A DNA stretch of 63,795 nucleotides, filler included, from Octopus bimaculoides (GCF_001194135.2; 5 parts of 5 records of this genome joined end to end with filler, not necessarily neighbours in it); one strand, 5' to 3'. Shown: positions 12,368 through 26,511, counted from the whole stretch's first letter. Numbers and translations are program-made. Notes: a model not told the origin generated them from the sequence alone.

Positions 12368-12637
12368 TTGCATTATTTGAACATTCAAAAATATAGAAGA
12401 AACTTGATTTTAGCAAAGTCATAGGCCAAACTCAAAACCGCTAACAAAATAAAAAGTAATTGGTTGATTAATGATTAATATAATAGCAATTAATTATTGT
12501 TGACACTACGCCAAACTTACTGGATAATTATAATTATTTATTAGACCACCAAGTACCCATTTAATTTTTTTTTCTCTATTAATACTAATATTAATAGAAA
12601 CAGTTTTCTTTTTCAATATTGTTTTCGCTCTATTATG

Positions 12638-12770
12638 GCGGCGACCTGGCAGAAACGTTAGTACGTCGGGTGCAATGCTTAGCGGTATTTCGTCTGTCTT
12701 CACGATCTGAGTTCAAATTCCACCGTGGTCGAATTTCCCTTTCATAATTTCGGGGTCAATAAGTTAAGTA
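12638..12770 (+). mobile_element. SINE family A, 3'-truncated
   Basis: GGCGGCGACCTGGCAGAAACGTTAG...GAGTTCAAATTCC...TTCGGGGTCAATAAGTTAAGTAC. Confidence 0.85.
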
Positions 12771-13109
12771 CGGCGGTTTTACTCACAGTTTCCCCCAAGC
12801 ACATTCACTCACCAATGCATTATTCGAAGTTTCAAAATCGGAGAAACTTGCCCAGGTTACAAGACAACGTGACTGAACCGGAACTCATGTGCATTAAGGA
12901 TGAGTTTCCCCCCCACACACACCTTTGCATTTGGGATGCTCATTGCACCAGGGTTACCCAATTGCTCAACCCTTTCAGTACCAATATAGTTAAAAGTGAT
13001 CTGATGACAACGTGATATAGTTGTCTTTGAAAATATTTTCCTTCTCGGTGGAAAGCAATTAATATTCCTGAATACTGAAAAAAGTTTCATTTCATTTAAA
13101 ATTTCCTAT

Positions 13110-13795
13110 TTCCTTTCGTCCGAACCACATTGCTCTCGATTCAGTTCCACTGCGCATAACATTGTGCAAGTTTTATCTACAAAAGCATTGAGCTGAACAC
13201 NNNNNNNNNNNNNNNNNNNNNNNNNNNNNNNNNNNNNNNNNNNNNNNNNNNNNNNNNNNNNNNNNNNNNNNNNNNNNNNNNNNNNNNNNNNNNNNNNNNN
13301 NNNNNNNNNNNNNNNNNNNNNNNNNNNNNNNNNNNNNNNNNNNNNNNNNNNNNNNNNNNNNNNNNNNNNNNNNNNNNNNNNNNNNNNNNNNNNNNNNNNN
13401 NNNNNNNNNNNNNNNNNNNNNNNNNNNNNNNNNNNNNNNNNNNNNNNNNNNNNNNNNNNNNNNNNNNNNNNNNNNNNNNNNNNNNNNNNNNNNATATGTG
13501 TGTGTGTGTGTGTGTGTGTATGTGTGTGTGCATATATATAGGCATGCATGTATGTATGTATCTATGTACATCTATGAGCGTATCTTTGTGCTCGTGTTCT
13601 GTTTCTAGCCATCACCGCTGGACCCGAAGCGTTGAGTTATTTATGCCACCGTGACTAATCGTCTGGCAAATAGAAAAAAAACGACAGATTAAGTTCCAGC
13701 AAATAAGTACACTGATCTGATCGATATGTCCGATCATATTGAAAATGGTGCCCGAATATACCGTGGTCTAATGAAGGCGACAAGAAAAAGATCAT
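13110..13795 (+). mobile_element. SINE family B, old degenerate copy spanning an N gap
   Basis: AACCACAT...TTCAGTTCCACTGCG head before the gap; ATCACCGCTGGAC...AATAAGTAC...ATGGTGCCC...GGTCTAATGA tail after it. Confidence 0.5.
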
Positions 13796-15102
13796 ATTTT
13801 GTCACATTAGCTTATACTAAATATTATTAAATAACTGGAAATTTATATATAAATGCCTTATCAATTTTTTGCATTATATTTTCCTATGAAAATAACATAC
13901 TTTAATTTATTACTTAGTATAATGGGAATATTAAAAAAATACATTTATTAAAACACTTATGATAAGAGAAAAATAATAAAATGCCACAAAGTGATTAATG
14001 TAATAGCTGGAGGCAATTAATTATTGTTGTCATTAAAGCTAGTCTTGCTATAGAATAACAAATTACAAAGTGACCACCTTAGATAAACATTGTCTATTTG
14101 TCATTATATCAGCTGTCACTATCAGCGTTGATTAAAAAATGGCCTTACATATGACATAAAATGAAGTATATCAGTGATAGTTATTTCCAAACTTTCTGTT
14201 ATCCTTCCTGCTTTGACTGCAAAACATCGTTGATTTCGGGTCTAACCAGGTGATATATGGAGTTATTGTTGCTGTTCGGAGCAGAAACATTTTAAGATTC
14301 GTTTCGAAAAGTTAAAGTTAAATGCTGATAAAAATAAATTTTATATGCTCACTAAGGATATAAACAGGAACAAAAAGACGAGCAACGTAGCAGCAGATGT
14401 AATAAGTATAACCTACAAATGTTATATATGGCAATCGCATTCTTCTAGACGTAGACACAATTTTATTTCCACCCAAATGATTTATACAGGGTCCAGTACA
14501 CGGTCACTCATGCAATTATGATACAGATGTACGTCTATATCTGCAATTGTGAGCAAAACACAGCAGGACATCGCTATAAAATGTATAGAAATTAGACAAG
14601 TCATTCAACATATATCTAGCTTTAGCGTCTCCTTTATTACGTGATCGAGGTTTCCTGTCTTTTCAAATGATGGCCGTATATGTTTTTCACTAAGATTTAT
14701 CTCTTACGGGAATAACACTCGACCACCGATTATTTAAAGAGTCTTGGTGAAATCTGATTAAATTTTTCCCACTCCTTACCAATATATGTACAACTTTATT
14801 TCATTGGGCAACGTTTCTAATATTTCAATACCTGTATATATCCACAACTCTATCTTTAGTTAATACTTATTTCCACTGAGTTGCATATTTCTCACAAAGA
14901 GCGCAATGTCTCAGCAAAGAGTGATTTTACTATTTCTGCCAAACTTATCTATGTATTTCGTTTATCTGACTTGGATTTTTTTTTATTTATTTAAACATTT
15001 TTCGAGATGTTTTGTTGAGGAAGTTTTAACTGAATGTTTCATGTATCGATACAATTTGCTGAAAATATTATATCGCCGCAAGTACTAAGTGCTTTTGAGT
15101 GT

Positions 15103-15144
<42 letters not shown>

Positions 15145-15370
15145 AAAGAGCATTTGTATGTTTAAATGTTTGTTATATGTCTGCCATAAATTGTCAATGC
15201 AACATTCCGAAAATATTATTTCGCCTGGGGAATATAGCTATCTTTGAAAATACGGTTCATTTACAATGCATTAATCCAAATGCTCATACAAGAACAGACA
15301 CTGCACAAACAGACCTGTGTGTAAGTATAAACATTATCTATATACAAACATACACACAAATATATATATT

Positions 15371-15408
<38 letters not shown>

Positions 15409-15442
15409 CATAGATACAGACAGACAGGTAGATAGATGGATC

Positions 15443-15490
<48 letters not shown>

Positions 15491-16084
15491 TATAGATAGA
15501 TAGATAGATAGATAGATAGACTCTGAATAAATATATCAATACGATATCGTTTATTCAATAGAATAACGTAATTTTAAGCCATTTTCAAAGTAAGAATTGC
15601 TGTTGCAAAAACTTACCGTTTACTGAAATATGAGAACTTAACCTTTGACCTCCCATTTACTTCGTTCATAATTACTGTGCGAATAACATATGAGTGGGAA
15701 CATATTGTTCCTGGAAGTGTGTAGTATTTTCCTTCATCTAATTACATTTAAAGAGTTACATCTTTCAAATGTATATATTTCCAGTCAACACATATACAGA
15801 TAACTAATGGAGTATTTTATGATGTATTGTCTTTTCAAATTGCTAACGTTTGAATGGAGGGGAATAAATATATTAATGTGAAATAGAAAAGCTCGTGTAT
15901 AAATGACTACAATAGTCAATATATGAATTTTTGTTTCTTTCGTACATCTTAAAGTTGGAAGTTGAATGTGCAAATGCTAATGAGTACTAAGAGAAATTTC
16001 GGTTACAAATATCTAATTTATAAAACTTGGAAAAGATTTCTTTCCAACGAAACTTGCTTCTTTTCATGCTGAGGTATGTTATAA

Positions 16085-16343
16085 CACCTATAACGTATAA
16101 GCCCGGCGCTTAATCCGAATCTCATGGCGTGTAAGCAATTGAGATTACCTGTATCCCAACTGGATAGGACGTCGAGCACTCGCAGTGTTATCTCCCCATC
16201 TGGAACTTAGATGAATTGTGCGTAAAATGGAACAACGTGCAGGAAGTGTTTTCCTGATGAACACAGCACACCATTCAGCTCAGGATTCGAAACAACAATA
16301 CTATGATCATGAATGCAACACCCGAAACACTAGGCCACGCGCC
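16085..16343 (-). mobile_element. tRNA-derived SINE with a V/Meta-domain-like centre
   Basis: Minus strand head GGCGCGTGGCCTAGTG...GTTTCGAATCC, then ACACTGCGAGTGCTCGACGTCCTATCCAG...CTCAATTGCTTACACGCCATG; domain assignment is from memory. Confidence 0.55.
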
Positions 16344-16629
16344 TACCCCGCGAAGCAAGTCGGAATCCATAATGGAAGAGTAACGTGATTATACGAAACA
16401 ACACGTCGTATTATTTTATATCATCCCAGACAATCAACTTAGATTAAAATTACAAAGTAGATTTGAAGGGTATTAAATGTAGCAATAATATGAAATGATA
16501 GTAAATGCCTCTTTCTCTCTCTAAAATAATTGTGAACTGTGTAATCTTATGTTTCATAGATATATTGGCTGTGAAATATGTGATTAGGCAAATATAGTCG
16601 TTTCAGTAAGATTTCGCATATATTGTTTC

Positions 16630-16892
16630 TCTAGTAGTAGCAGTGGTAGTGGTAGCAACACAGCATCAGCAGCAGCAGCATTAGTAGTAGTAGTAGTAGT
16701 AGTAGTTGTTGTTGTTGTTGTTGTTGTGGTTGTTGTGGTTGTGATGGTGGTGGAGGAGGCGGTAGTACCAGTAGTAGGAGGTGGTGGAAAGGAAGAGAAG
16801 GAATATGGGGAGCGGAAGAAGGAGCTGGTGGTGTTGGAGGAGCAGGATCAGTAAGGGTAAGTGGTGGTGGAGGAAGGGGAAGCAGCAGCAGC

Positions 16893-16948
<56 letters not shown>

Positions 16949-17103
16949 GTCATCGTCGTCGTCGTCGTAGTAGTAGNNNNNNNNNNNNNNNNNNNNNNNN
17001 NNNNNNNNNNNNNNNNNNNNNNNNNNNNNNNNNNNNNNNNNNNNNNNAGGAGGAGGAGGAGGAGGAGGAGGAGGAGGAGGAAGAGGAGGGGGATGAGGAG
17101 GAT
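16630..17103. repeat. Compound trinucleotide tract (GTA/GTT/GTG/GAG)n with an internal gap
   Basis: Direct reading. Confidence 0.9.
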
Positions 17104-17289
17104 GAGTTGTTAAGAATTTCCTTATTTCTGGCTCATGTACCTCTCAAGCGTCAACCCACCAGCCTATCATTCTGTTTGGGTAGTCATTACTTGTGAGGGT
17201 TTTACAAGTTTGGATTGGAAATCCCATTACAACCACTTTTGCGAAACGCATACAAAAAGTTGGGTCTATTATTCAACGTGACGGTCATA

Positions 17290-17417
17290 CCACAGGACTA
17301 GAGAGGCATGAAGTGTAGTGCTTTTTACACAAGAAGAAACCACGCCACTCGGTCCAGAAAACGAAACCATGATCGCCAGAGCATGAGTTCAATAGCCTTA
17401 CAACTATGCCAATCGCG
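17290..17417 (-). mobile_element. Degenerate tRNA-derived SINE head
   Basis: Minus strand TGGCATAGTTGTAAGG...ATCATGGTTTCG...GGACCGAGTGGCGTG, similar to family C heads. Confidence 0.4.
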
Positions 17418-17984
17418 TTTCTATATATTTGAAATCAATACAGCACAATATACATTCTTAGTTATGAAAAGTCTAATATATTGGAAATGTTGAAGAATTG
17501 TATGGCACTAAGAACTTACTAGTGAACATTAGTGTTCATGCCACAATAGATAGAGTTTTTCCTGCATAATTTAAAAGTTTAATTTCGTGTAAACTATCTT
17601 CGTTTCTCTAAATATCTTTAACTAATGAAGAAATATATCACTTAATTCTCAAAGGTAAGACTTTGATTCATATTATATTTGACAATTGATACGATATTTG
17701 TCCCGGTTGTCACAGCCTTGTGAATTTGATTCATTTGTATTTCCGTATATTCATGCAATTACTAATTATTTTGTATCGAAAATAATTTTATTACTTTCCT
17801 ACATTTATAATGGAGAATGAAAATCCCATATGATTGACTTCTGTCTCACCATTGGCATTCCTGTCTATATTATTAATTCAATCTATCTGTAAATAGGTGT
17901 TCCAGTTTGTGCAATCACGGCACAAGCCAATCCTGCCGACTCAGTTTCGAGTTTTGCAATTCCATTTGTAGTTAAGATATTAAC

Positions 17985-17993
17985 TTCTTCTTC

Positions 17994-18025
<32 letters not shown>

Positions 18026-18052
18026 CTTCTTCTTCTTCTTCTTCTTCTTCTT

Positions 18053-18145
<93 letters not shown>

Positions 18146-18154
18146 GTTATTATT
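17985..18154. repeat. (TTC)n-(TTA)n compound microsatellite
   Basis: About 32 TTC units then about 24 TTA units. Confidence 0.95.
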
Positions 18155-18159
18155 TTCAG

Positions 18160-18325
18160 ATATGTGTGACTGTGAGAAGATTCATTCCCAACAACTTGGC
18201 TCTGTGTTCAGTCCCACGGCGTAGCACCTTCGGCAAGTGGCTCCTACTATATCTTTGGGCCGACGAAAGCATTGTAAGTGGATTTTGTAGATGGAGATAA
18301 GAAGAAGCCCGTCATATAGATATGT
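18160..18325 (+). mobile_element. SINE family B 5' half
   Basis: TTCAGTCCCACGGCGTAGCACCTTCGGCAAGTG...GGGCCGACGAAAGC...GAAGCCCGTC. Confidence 0.75.
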
Positions 18326-18793
18326 GTGTGAATGTGTGATATACCCCTTCATTTTTGTATACGACAAGGGAACTGTAAACTAATTTGAAAATCCGAATAT
18401 ACAACTTAATTTAACTAGTTAAAACTATGGTCATATTTTCTTCAAGTAATATTGATCCCTTTAACATCAACAGTTACTAAGCAACAGATAAATGCAAGAG
18501 ATAAATGATGGCTGATGAGCATTTGAAAACGGGCGAAAGTACACGAGCGGCTTCACATCTCTACATATGTATTATCACAACCAACACCCGTATTTAATAC
18601 GCATTTACATTTGTCGCAATCTCATCAATTGTTCTCTCTTATTCTTTGTATTTATCCCACATTTCTGTTGACATACAAAAACATAAACACTCACACACAA
18701 ACACACAGAGACTCAGATACAGACACACACACGCTAATATTCATATGTGTATGTGTGCAATACACAGAAATATACACACACACACACACACAC

Positions 18794-18893
18794 NNNNNNN
18801 NNNNNNNNNNNNNNNNNNNNNNNNNNNNNNNNNNNNNTTAATTAATTAANNNNNNNNNNNNNNNNNNNNNNNNNNNNNNNNNNNNNNNNNNNN
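18794..18893. other. Artificial scaffold join (44 N + TTAATTAATTAA + 44 N)
   Basis: Identical 100-bp construct occurs four times; the 12-mer gives stops in all six frames. Confidence 0.9.
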
Positions 18894-20379
18894 ATATATA
18901 CATACATTTTTATATGATTTTCTGCCTTGTGTGTGTGTGTGTGTGTGTGTCTATTCATACACAGTTGTTCTTAAAATGTCTGCTGTTAGTCTAATTTTAA
19001 AATGAAGCAAATAGATCTATTGAAAGGTGTAGCGTCCGCCGTGGAATCTATTTAAGGTGTCCTGGATAAAAGCAAAGAACGATCGCTAGTGAATATCTGT
19101 AGAAAACATGTCCGCTCTGTGTCCATAATAAATAAAGGAGGAGGTGGGGACGAGGAGGAAAATAGCGGAAGCAAAACAGAAGCACAGAAAATGAATGTTA
19201 ACAAGGAAATATGGCCGCTGACTGATAGCTTCATAGAATGACAAACAAAAACAGCGAATGAGAGAATAAGAATATTTAAATGAAGAAGTAGCGGTAAAGT
19301 TTCATGAACAAGAAAATGTGATTTGAGTGTGTATAGATAAGGATAAAGACAGGTATGTGTGGGTTGGTGGGAACGATGGGTTCTGGAATAACAAACAATC
19401 CAGCTGGAGGTCGGCAACTACCTTCGCCAAATAGTCGTATTTGTTCGGTTCAATATTTGCCAAAATTATCCTTGTTTATCCCGAATCCGATATCTGATCT
19501 TTTGTGACAGTTATTGATTCTCCTCAGAACAAACATCTTTTATTCGATCTGATTAACATCTTTCAGAAAACAACTGCCAAAATCTATTTGCAATAATGTC
19601 CAATCGTTGCTAATATTGTTATCTTCTCCGTGTCCTAACAAATAGTAGTAACACGGACATTATCTAATGTACACAAGAAGAGATAAACCCCACGCACCGC
19701 AATTACAACACGTCATTATGATACAAACAGACACCTCTACTCCCCTACGAAGGCCAGAGAACCGTTAAAAAGACTCCCTTCTATGATAATTCAATAATAA
19801 CATACTTTTAGACTGGATCTTAGTTAGTGCCATTCAAGATATTTCGAAGCTCAATCTATCGCACTCTGAAGAAAAGTTTCTTTAAGCCTTATTCACTGAA
19901 TATTAGGGCTTCTGTCCGTTTGATTAATCCATTGACCAGGGAGCAGCTTTATAAATCCTTTCTCGCCTCATCGCATTTAAGGTCTCTTTTGTGTTACAGT
20001 TTCTTTGTCTGACGATGAAATTGCAATTACGGTGTTGGTTGCTACAGTTTCCTTGCTATAAACTTTACTGTTAGTTTCTCCTGCTTTCTACAATGTCTTG
20101 TTATAGTATTCCATAGTTCACTTCTCTGGAAGTGATGCTGGCAACGCGTCAATGAAAGAATATGAAGTAGATGTGTTGTTGTGGTATAGTTAAGGATTCC
20201 CTCTTTGTGTTAGTACCAGATGATAATGGAAACTATTCCGATGCGGTTAAATATTCCCTGTAAGGGTTTACAACGGCGATTGATACCAGATGTGAAGTAA
20301 TGTTTTGGTTAGAGTTTTGGTTGCGGTGGAAATAACATCGATAATTTTCTCCAGCTTAGATACAAAGTTAAATATTTTA

Positions 20380-20770
20380 AGGGGAGGAAAGGATTAGGCA
20401 ACTAATTCGACCCCAGTACTTGACTGGTATTATATCTCATCAAACAACAAACGATAAAAAGTAAAATTAATCTCTGCAGAATTCGAAATCAGAGATTAAA
20501 AGACCGTAAAAAATGATCGACTCTTTAACTATCCTACTTAATCCGCTACCATAAACTTAATAATTATTCATTTACGAACAAAGCCAATAATTTTGAGGGG
20601 AAGGGGCAAGTCGATTACATTGATCTCATTACTTGATTTGTACTTTTATTTTATCGACCCCGAAAAGTTGACAGAGTTGATCTCAGCGTCATTTGAACTC
20701 AAAACCTGAAGAGCCGGAACAAATGCCGCATTTCATTTCATCCGACACTCTGAAGATTCTGCCAAACTAT
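20380..20770 (-). mobile_element. Two degenerate head-to-tail SINE family A copies
   Basis: TCGACCCCAGTAC...GGTAT and TTTATCGACCCCGAAA...ATTTGAACTC...GATTCTGCCA segments. Confidence 0.6.
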
Positions 20771-20917
20771 CACCCTCATTAATAAAGGTGGTAGTAGTAG
20801 TACTAGTAATTGTAGCAGCAGTAGATGTTTGCGATAATGGTAGATTTATAAAAGAGCTGTTATTACTGAATAGCAGACCCATAATCTGCGACATTCTATA
20901 GACAGATATACGATATA

Positions 20918-21516
20918 CTGGATGCGGCAGAAGTAACGCCCTTTCTTATTTGTATTTTTTCATAGTTTTCTTTGTACAGGATGGTGCACGACCTCACCGT
21001 GGGTTAAACGTTCACGAATGGTTAAATCTTAATTTTTAGGTGAGGTGGATAGGACGACGTGGAGCAACTAAGTTGCCATCACGATCACCAGACCTAACAC
21101 CACCTGACTTTATCTTGTGGGGTGTATTGAAAAATCTTGTTTATTCCCTGAAACCAAAACCAATTCCTGAATTAAAACGAGCAATTTCTGATAAATTTTC
21201 TACGATTAATGGGGAAATATGTCAAAAGGTTTCTAGAAGTGTTTCCGGCAGTGTTCCGCACTGTACTAAAATCGAAGGGGAGCCTTTTGAACATGTTAAT
21301 CAAATTTTTTATCATAATAAATTATGATGTTTTGATGGAACAATACTTTATAAATTTTATAAAACTACTGCAATTTATTTTCCTTAATTGTTGTTTTTTT
21401 TTTCGTTTCTTTAACTCCTGTAATAAATTTTTATATAATAAAATTCTCTAAAGAAAACAGTTTTTGTGCTATAAAAATTACTAAATAAAAAAAGCCGTTA
21501 ATTCTGCCACACCCTG
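20918..21516 (+). mobile_element. Internally deleted Tc1/mariner-superfamily transposon with both TIRs
   Basis: TIRs CTGGATGCGGCAGAAGTAACG and CGTTAATTCTGCCACACCCTG, each flanked by TA; internal QDGARPH...RWIGRRG...PSRSPDLTPPDFILWG transposase motif with a stop. Confidence 0.85.
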
Positions 21517-22214
21517 TATATTATATAACTTGGGTGTAGAGTTTGATGTACGGCTGCAAAATAACCAGAATGGTGAAAGGTACTTAAGGAAAAAATGATA
21601 TAAACTTGTGCTTATCATAATTTCTCCTGTATATAATATATCCACACAGACATTTTCTAAGGCTTATGTACGAGATGCATTTTTGATTATTTGAAACTTC
21701 CCTAAAAAGATGGAGCTGGTTGTTAACAAAGATACAAAACTCGACCAATAGAATGTAGAGGAAAACAAAAACAGTGTCACATGCTGAACTTGCGAAAAGT
21801 CTCGCATTTTTTATTGTTCCGCTTACAGATTGAATTATAATATGCGTGCTAACTGGTTGATTTCTTTTTCTGAAAACCCTAGCGTTTCCAGATTGTCACT
21901 TAGGCATTTGTTCTCAAAACCAGATGCACGCATTTGTATAAATACGCATTTATAATCCGGATATAGAAGCTGGATGTTTCAAAGGAATTATCCGTAGTTA
22001 TCCCCTTTCCCTTTGGTTTTCATAGAGACATTCACATCAACAAGGAACCTGTCCCTTATAACTGTACATACTTTTTCTTCCCTGTCCCAGACAACAATAT
22101 CGGGCCTGTTGTGATTGCACTCGGTTGAAGTTTTACCAATATGCCTTGCGTCGATGTCTATGTTTATTCAATAACAAGGAGGGTCTCCTTATCTATCCCA
22201 GGACAATAATGGTT

Positions 22215-22429
22215 TCAGATTTTGGCACACGGCCAGAAAGTTCGGTGTTGGGGTGGGGGACTAAGCAGGTTGCACTGATCTCTGTGCTCAACTGCTACTT
22301 ATTTTATCGACCCCAATAGGATGAAAGGCAAAGTGGACCTCGGCGGATTTTGAACTCAGAACGAAAAGACAGACGAAATGCCGCTAAGAATTTTTCCCGG
22401 CGTGTTCATGATTCTGCCAGCTCGCCGCT
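22215..22429 (-). mobile_element. SINE family A, near full length
   Basis: TTTATCGACCCC...GATGAAAGGCAAAGT...CCTCGGCGGA...GAACTCAGAACG...CTGCCAGCTCGCCGC. Confidence 0.85.
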
Positions 22430-23397
22430 CTCCTTACGGTAAGATATGGAAATGTGTTAAGAACTAGTGAATCTCACTTCGTAGTCTTCCTGTTTTTAGT
22501 AAAAAGAAAACATTAATATGTAGAATGGCTCAGGAGTAGCATTCTTACTGAAAATATATCTTGTCGAAGAGTATAATCTTGGTGAATGACCAACATTGGT
22601 GGAACTTAGAGAATTAAAGATGCAGCATCGATGATCTTGTAAATTATTAAAAATATTGGAGAGTTAAATCCAAGACAGGATATTCTCCGTACTTCACTGA
22701 TTATCGCTGTTTCAGAGGTACATTGGACTCTATTAAACAGGGCTTTGGAGTCAGCGTTCCGCTCGCCTCTGGAAGGAATCAGTTTAATGTGTAAGAAATA
22801 TATTTGGTTATTCTGCATCATTTGTAGCAGGAATTCTTTAGTAAAGAGACAACTTGGTACTGTAAAATCATGGAATCAAAATATTTACTGGGCCAAAAGA
22901 CTAAACTTAATACAAAAGGTTTATCCAGTTGCTATTACAACCGTCATTCATATATCAGATATCTCTTTCACAAAAATAATCTGTTTACTACAGGATAAAC
23001 AATGGCACTTTCATAAATATCTACGAAAATAACAATAGTCTTGAATGCATATGCTTCTTGGAATTCTGTTTGTCTCACTGGATAAATATATACTCAGTGT
23101 TGGAACCGGAATTCTTTGATTTTATTGACAACTCTTCTTCAAAACGTAATTCCCATACATAATCCAGTGGCATAATTTACCTAATTTGGCTTTAGAAATC
23201 TGTCTGAATTAAGTAGAACACATGACGAAGAGAATAAACGGCAACAGCACCATGATGCTTCTCGTTTTTCTTTTTCTTTCGAGTCACAGTGTGGCTCAAT
23301 AATTGATAACATTCTTTCAACGAAAATATGCATTACTTGGAACAATAATGGGAAAAGCAAAAGTAACAGATAAAATGGAATTGCGACGACGCTATAA

Positions 23398-23464
<67 letters not shown>

Positions 23465-23726
23465 NNNNNNNNNNNNNNNNNNNNNNNNNNNNNNNNNNNN
23501 NNNNNNNNNNNNNNNNNNNNNNNNNNNNNNNNNNNNNNNNNNNNNNNNNNNNNNNNNNNNNNNNNNNNNNNNNNNNNNNNNNNNNNNNNNNNNNNNNNNN
23601 NNNNNNNNNNNNNNNNNNNNNNNNNNNNNNNNNNNNNNNNNNNNNNNNNNNNNNNNNNNNNNNNNNNNNNNNNNNNNNNNNNNNNNNNNNNNNNNNNNNN
23701 NNNNNNNNNNNNNNNNNNNNNNNNNN

Positions 23727-23800
<74 letters not shown>

Positions 23801-24142
23801 GTTAGTAAATGGGACTAGCGTGTCTCTCTTTAAGTTAGTTCGTTGCAAGATTTGAGAAGAATGAAACGAATTATTTCCAGTTTGATATTTGTGGTTATTT
23901 CCCATATATTGCTATCGATTTGGCGTTAATGATCTTATTAAGTGCTCCAATGAGTACATTGTTCACTCTCATCAGACATATTCCTTAGATTTGGCCAAAG
24001 AATAGTTCCTGCTTCTATTTTGACACTCTTAATACTTCAAATCGAAAATACCTAATCGATTCTCTTCCCACAAATTGTGTTTTATATGTTGCTTTCAATA
24101 CACACAGACACACACCGACGCACATACTACGACACATTCACA

Positions 24143-24199
<57 letters not shown>

Positions 24200-25524
24200 T
24201 GTGTACGTGCGTGAGTAGGTGTGTCTGTGTCTGTGTCTGTTGCTTTTTACCGTTGCATATTTAGTTATTTATTTCTTGTCCGTTACCATCCATCATACCA
24301 TTCCACTATTATCTTATGACGAATTTAATTTCCTTCTCAAGAGAAGTTTGGCATCGTTTAATCAACCTCCTTACATGGATACAGACACAGACACACACTC
24401 ACATTTCCATGTAGAAGCATACTCATTCACACACGCGAACATATAATAGGCTACTCGCATATCTTCTATAATACATACAAAATATATAACATATAATATA
24501 TGATACATATATANNNNNNNNNNNNNNNNNNNNNNNNNNNNNNNNNNNNNNNNNNNNNNNNNNNNNNNNNNNNNNNNNNNNNNNNNNNNNNNNNNNNNNN
24601 NNNNNNNNNNNNNNNNNNNNNNNNNNNNNNNNNNNNNNNNNNNNNNNNNNNNNNNNNNNNNNNNNNNNNNNNNNNNNNNNNNNNNNNNNNNNNNNNNNNN
24701 NNNNNNNNNNNNNNNNNNNNNNNNNNNNNNATATATATAGATGCATGTATACATATAGATGTGTTTGTTTGTATGTAGTTAGATATATCGCAGCTTAGAC
24801 AGATGTGATGGAATTACTTGTCACCTTGTCATCAGACTATATATACACAAACACATGTATATGATTACATATGTATATGCAATTATAGCCAAACCTTATA
24901 TTTGTTATTATGTGGTAGAAAGTCTGTTGCCGTATTTTAGCATACTTGGTCTTCAGTAATGTAGTTCCTTCCTTCTTATCATTTCATGTGCCATTTCAAC
25001 AGCGTTCCAAACTTGATCTCCGAATCTCTTCTTCTCTTTCATATGTTAATTCTTCTGTTAATGTCCTTTTTTCCTTATTTTTCTTCTTTTTCCTTCGGTC
25101 AAGAAATATTCCGTTACTCTACTGGTACTTGTTGCTGTCGCTGTTAGCATTCATAGATGTTTTAAACATATAAATGTTCATATTTTAACAATGAATATAC
25201 ATGAAAATAAAATGATAGAGGGAGCTGTATATGTCGATAGTACCTCGTGTATTGGTGATTGAAGGGTGTTTAGCTCGGATCTCGGCCTGTGTCTAAAGTC
25301 AAAAAAGATTTAACTCTTAAAAGCCGGAGCACACGATGCAGGAAATAAGAATCGGAAAGGTTACTACAAACAGCGATGGCACTATATCCTTGGCATGGCT
25401 CTCATTGGCGTAGATCTTTCACTGAGGAAGGCGTGGAATAGAACATATTCTCGTACAGACATATACATACATACATACATACACACACACATATATATGT
25501 ATATCTTTATATATATACATATAT

Positions 25525-25610
<86 letters not shown>

Positions 25611-26249
25611 GCAAATAATTAGAAAATGGAGAAAACCACAGATTAACCAACACATCGATTGGACCCCATTTATAGCTTATTGTTTAATACAAAGCATGAC
25701 ATTACAAAATTGGTGACGTAACATATCTTACGGCCGTTACTGATCGGTTGCCAAAATGCAGTTTTTACATAAATGCGAGAATAGAATTCTTCATCGTCAT
25801 AGCGCATTCGAATATAAGGCAACGGATCTTGGTCAGAGTGAAAAACAAGAGCATACGATATAAACAAAAGGAAGAAGGAAAAGGAAAGAAAACATGGCTT
25901 AGAGAAGTAGTCTAGAAGCCCAATATGTTAAGAGCAAATAATTATTTACCATCAAGTCTTCAGGGTCGGTAGGTAAAACGCTTTTTACTTGAGCATGATC
26001 CCACAAAACAAAGAGGGAAAGAGCGCTTTGCTCTCATGTTATTGTTTATTCTTTCCTTTTCCAAGGTTACCGTGGTTCTTTTTCGTAGGTTTTGCTTTCC
26101 ACGGATAAACCTAGTCAGTATTATATTTACTCCCCCTTCTGGGAAATCTAATTGCTTCAAACGACACTTTTGTTATTTCCTTGTGTACACGTCCCAAAAC
26201 GTTTTCGATCACTTTTGATCGTTTTCGAAAGGAAAAATTCTACATTGTA

Positions 26250-26511
26250 TTGTCCCCTCTGTGTTCGGCCCTGCACGGCTAATAAAGAAATCTATCTAAA
26301 GGGCGACCAGCTGGTAGAAACGTTAGTACGCCGGGCGAAATGCTTAGCGGTATTTAGTCTGCTCAAATTCCGCCGAGGTCGACTTTGCCTTTCATCCTTT
26401 CGGGGTCGATTAAATAAGTACCAGTTGAGTACTGGGTCCATGTAATCGACTTAATGCCTTTGTCCTTGCTTGTCCCCTCTATGTTTAGCCCCCTGTGAGC
26501 AATAAAGAAAT
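26250..26511 (+). mobile_element. SINE family A with alternative 3' tail, preceded by the tail of another copy
   Basis: Family A head and core; tail GTCCCCTCTATGTTTAGCCCC...AATAAAGAAAT also present at 26250-26291. Confidence 0.8.

Noticed and set aside
11792-12422. Poly-V/L/Y/Q ORFs here, and similar ones at 16.7-17.2, 44.7-45.2, 48.3-48.7 and 56.3-56.7 kb
   Set aside because: They are translations of tri- and dinucleotide microsatellites, open in several frames on both strands, with no splice or domain support.
18512-18546. CTGATGA-GC...GC-GAAAGTACAC hammerhead-like string
   Set aside because: Stem II has only 2 bp, U16.1 is missing and there is no stem I. It could be a relic but is unsupported.
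18794-18893. TTAATTAATTAA motif inside N runs (four times)
   Set aside because: It is an exact 44+12+44 construct with six-frame stops, so it is an assembly linker. Neighbouring sequences, such as the Tx1 RT and CR1 fragments at 42.1 kb, need not be adjacent in the genome.
19800-20330. Possible ancient LINE endonuclease relic on the minus strand (also a possible RTE 3' relic at 28250-28520 and an ORF1-like relic at 57840-58260)
   Set aside because: Only vague peptide resemblance amid many stops; it needs TBLASTN or HMM evidence.
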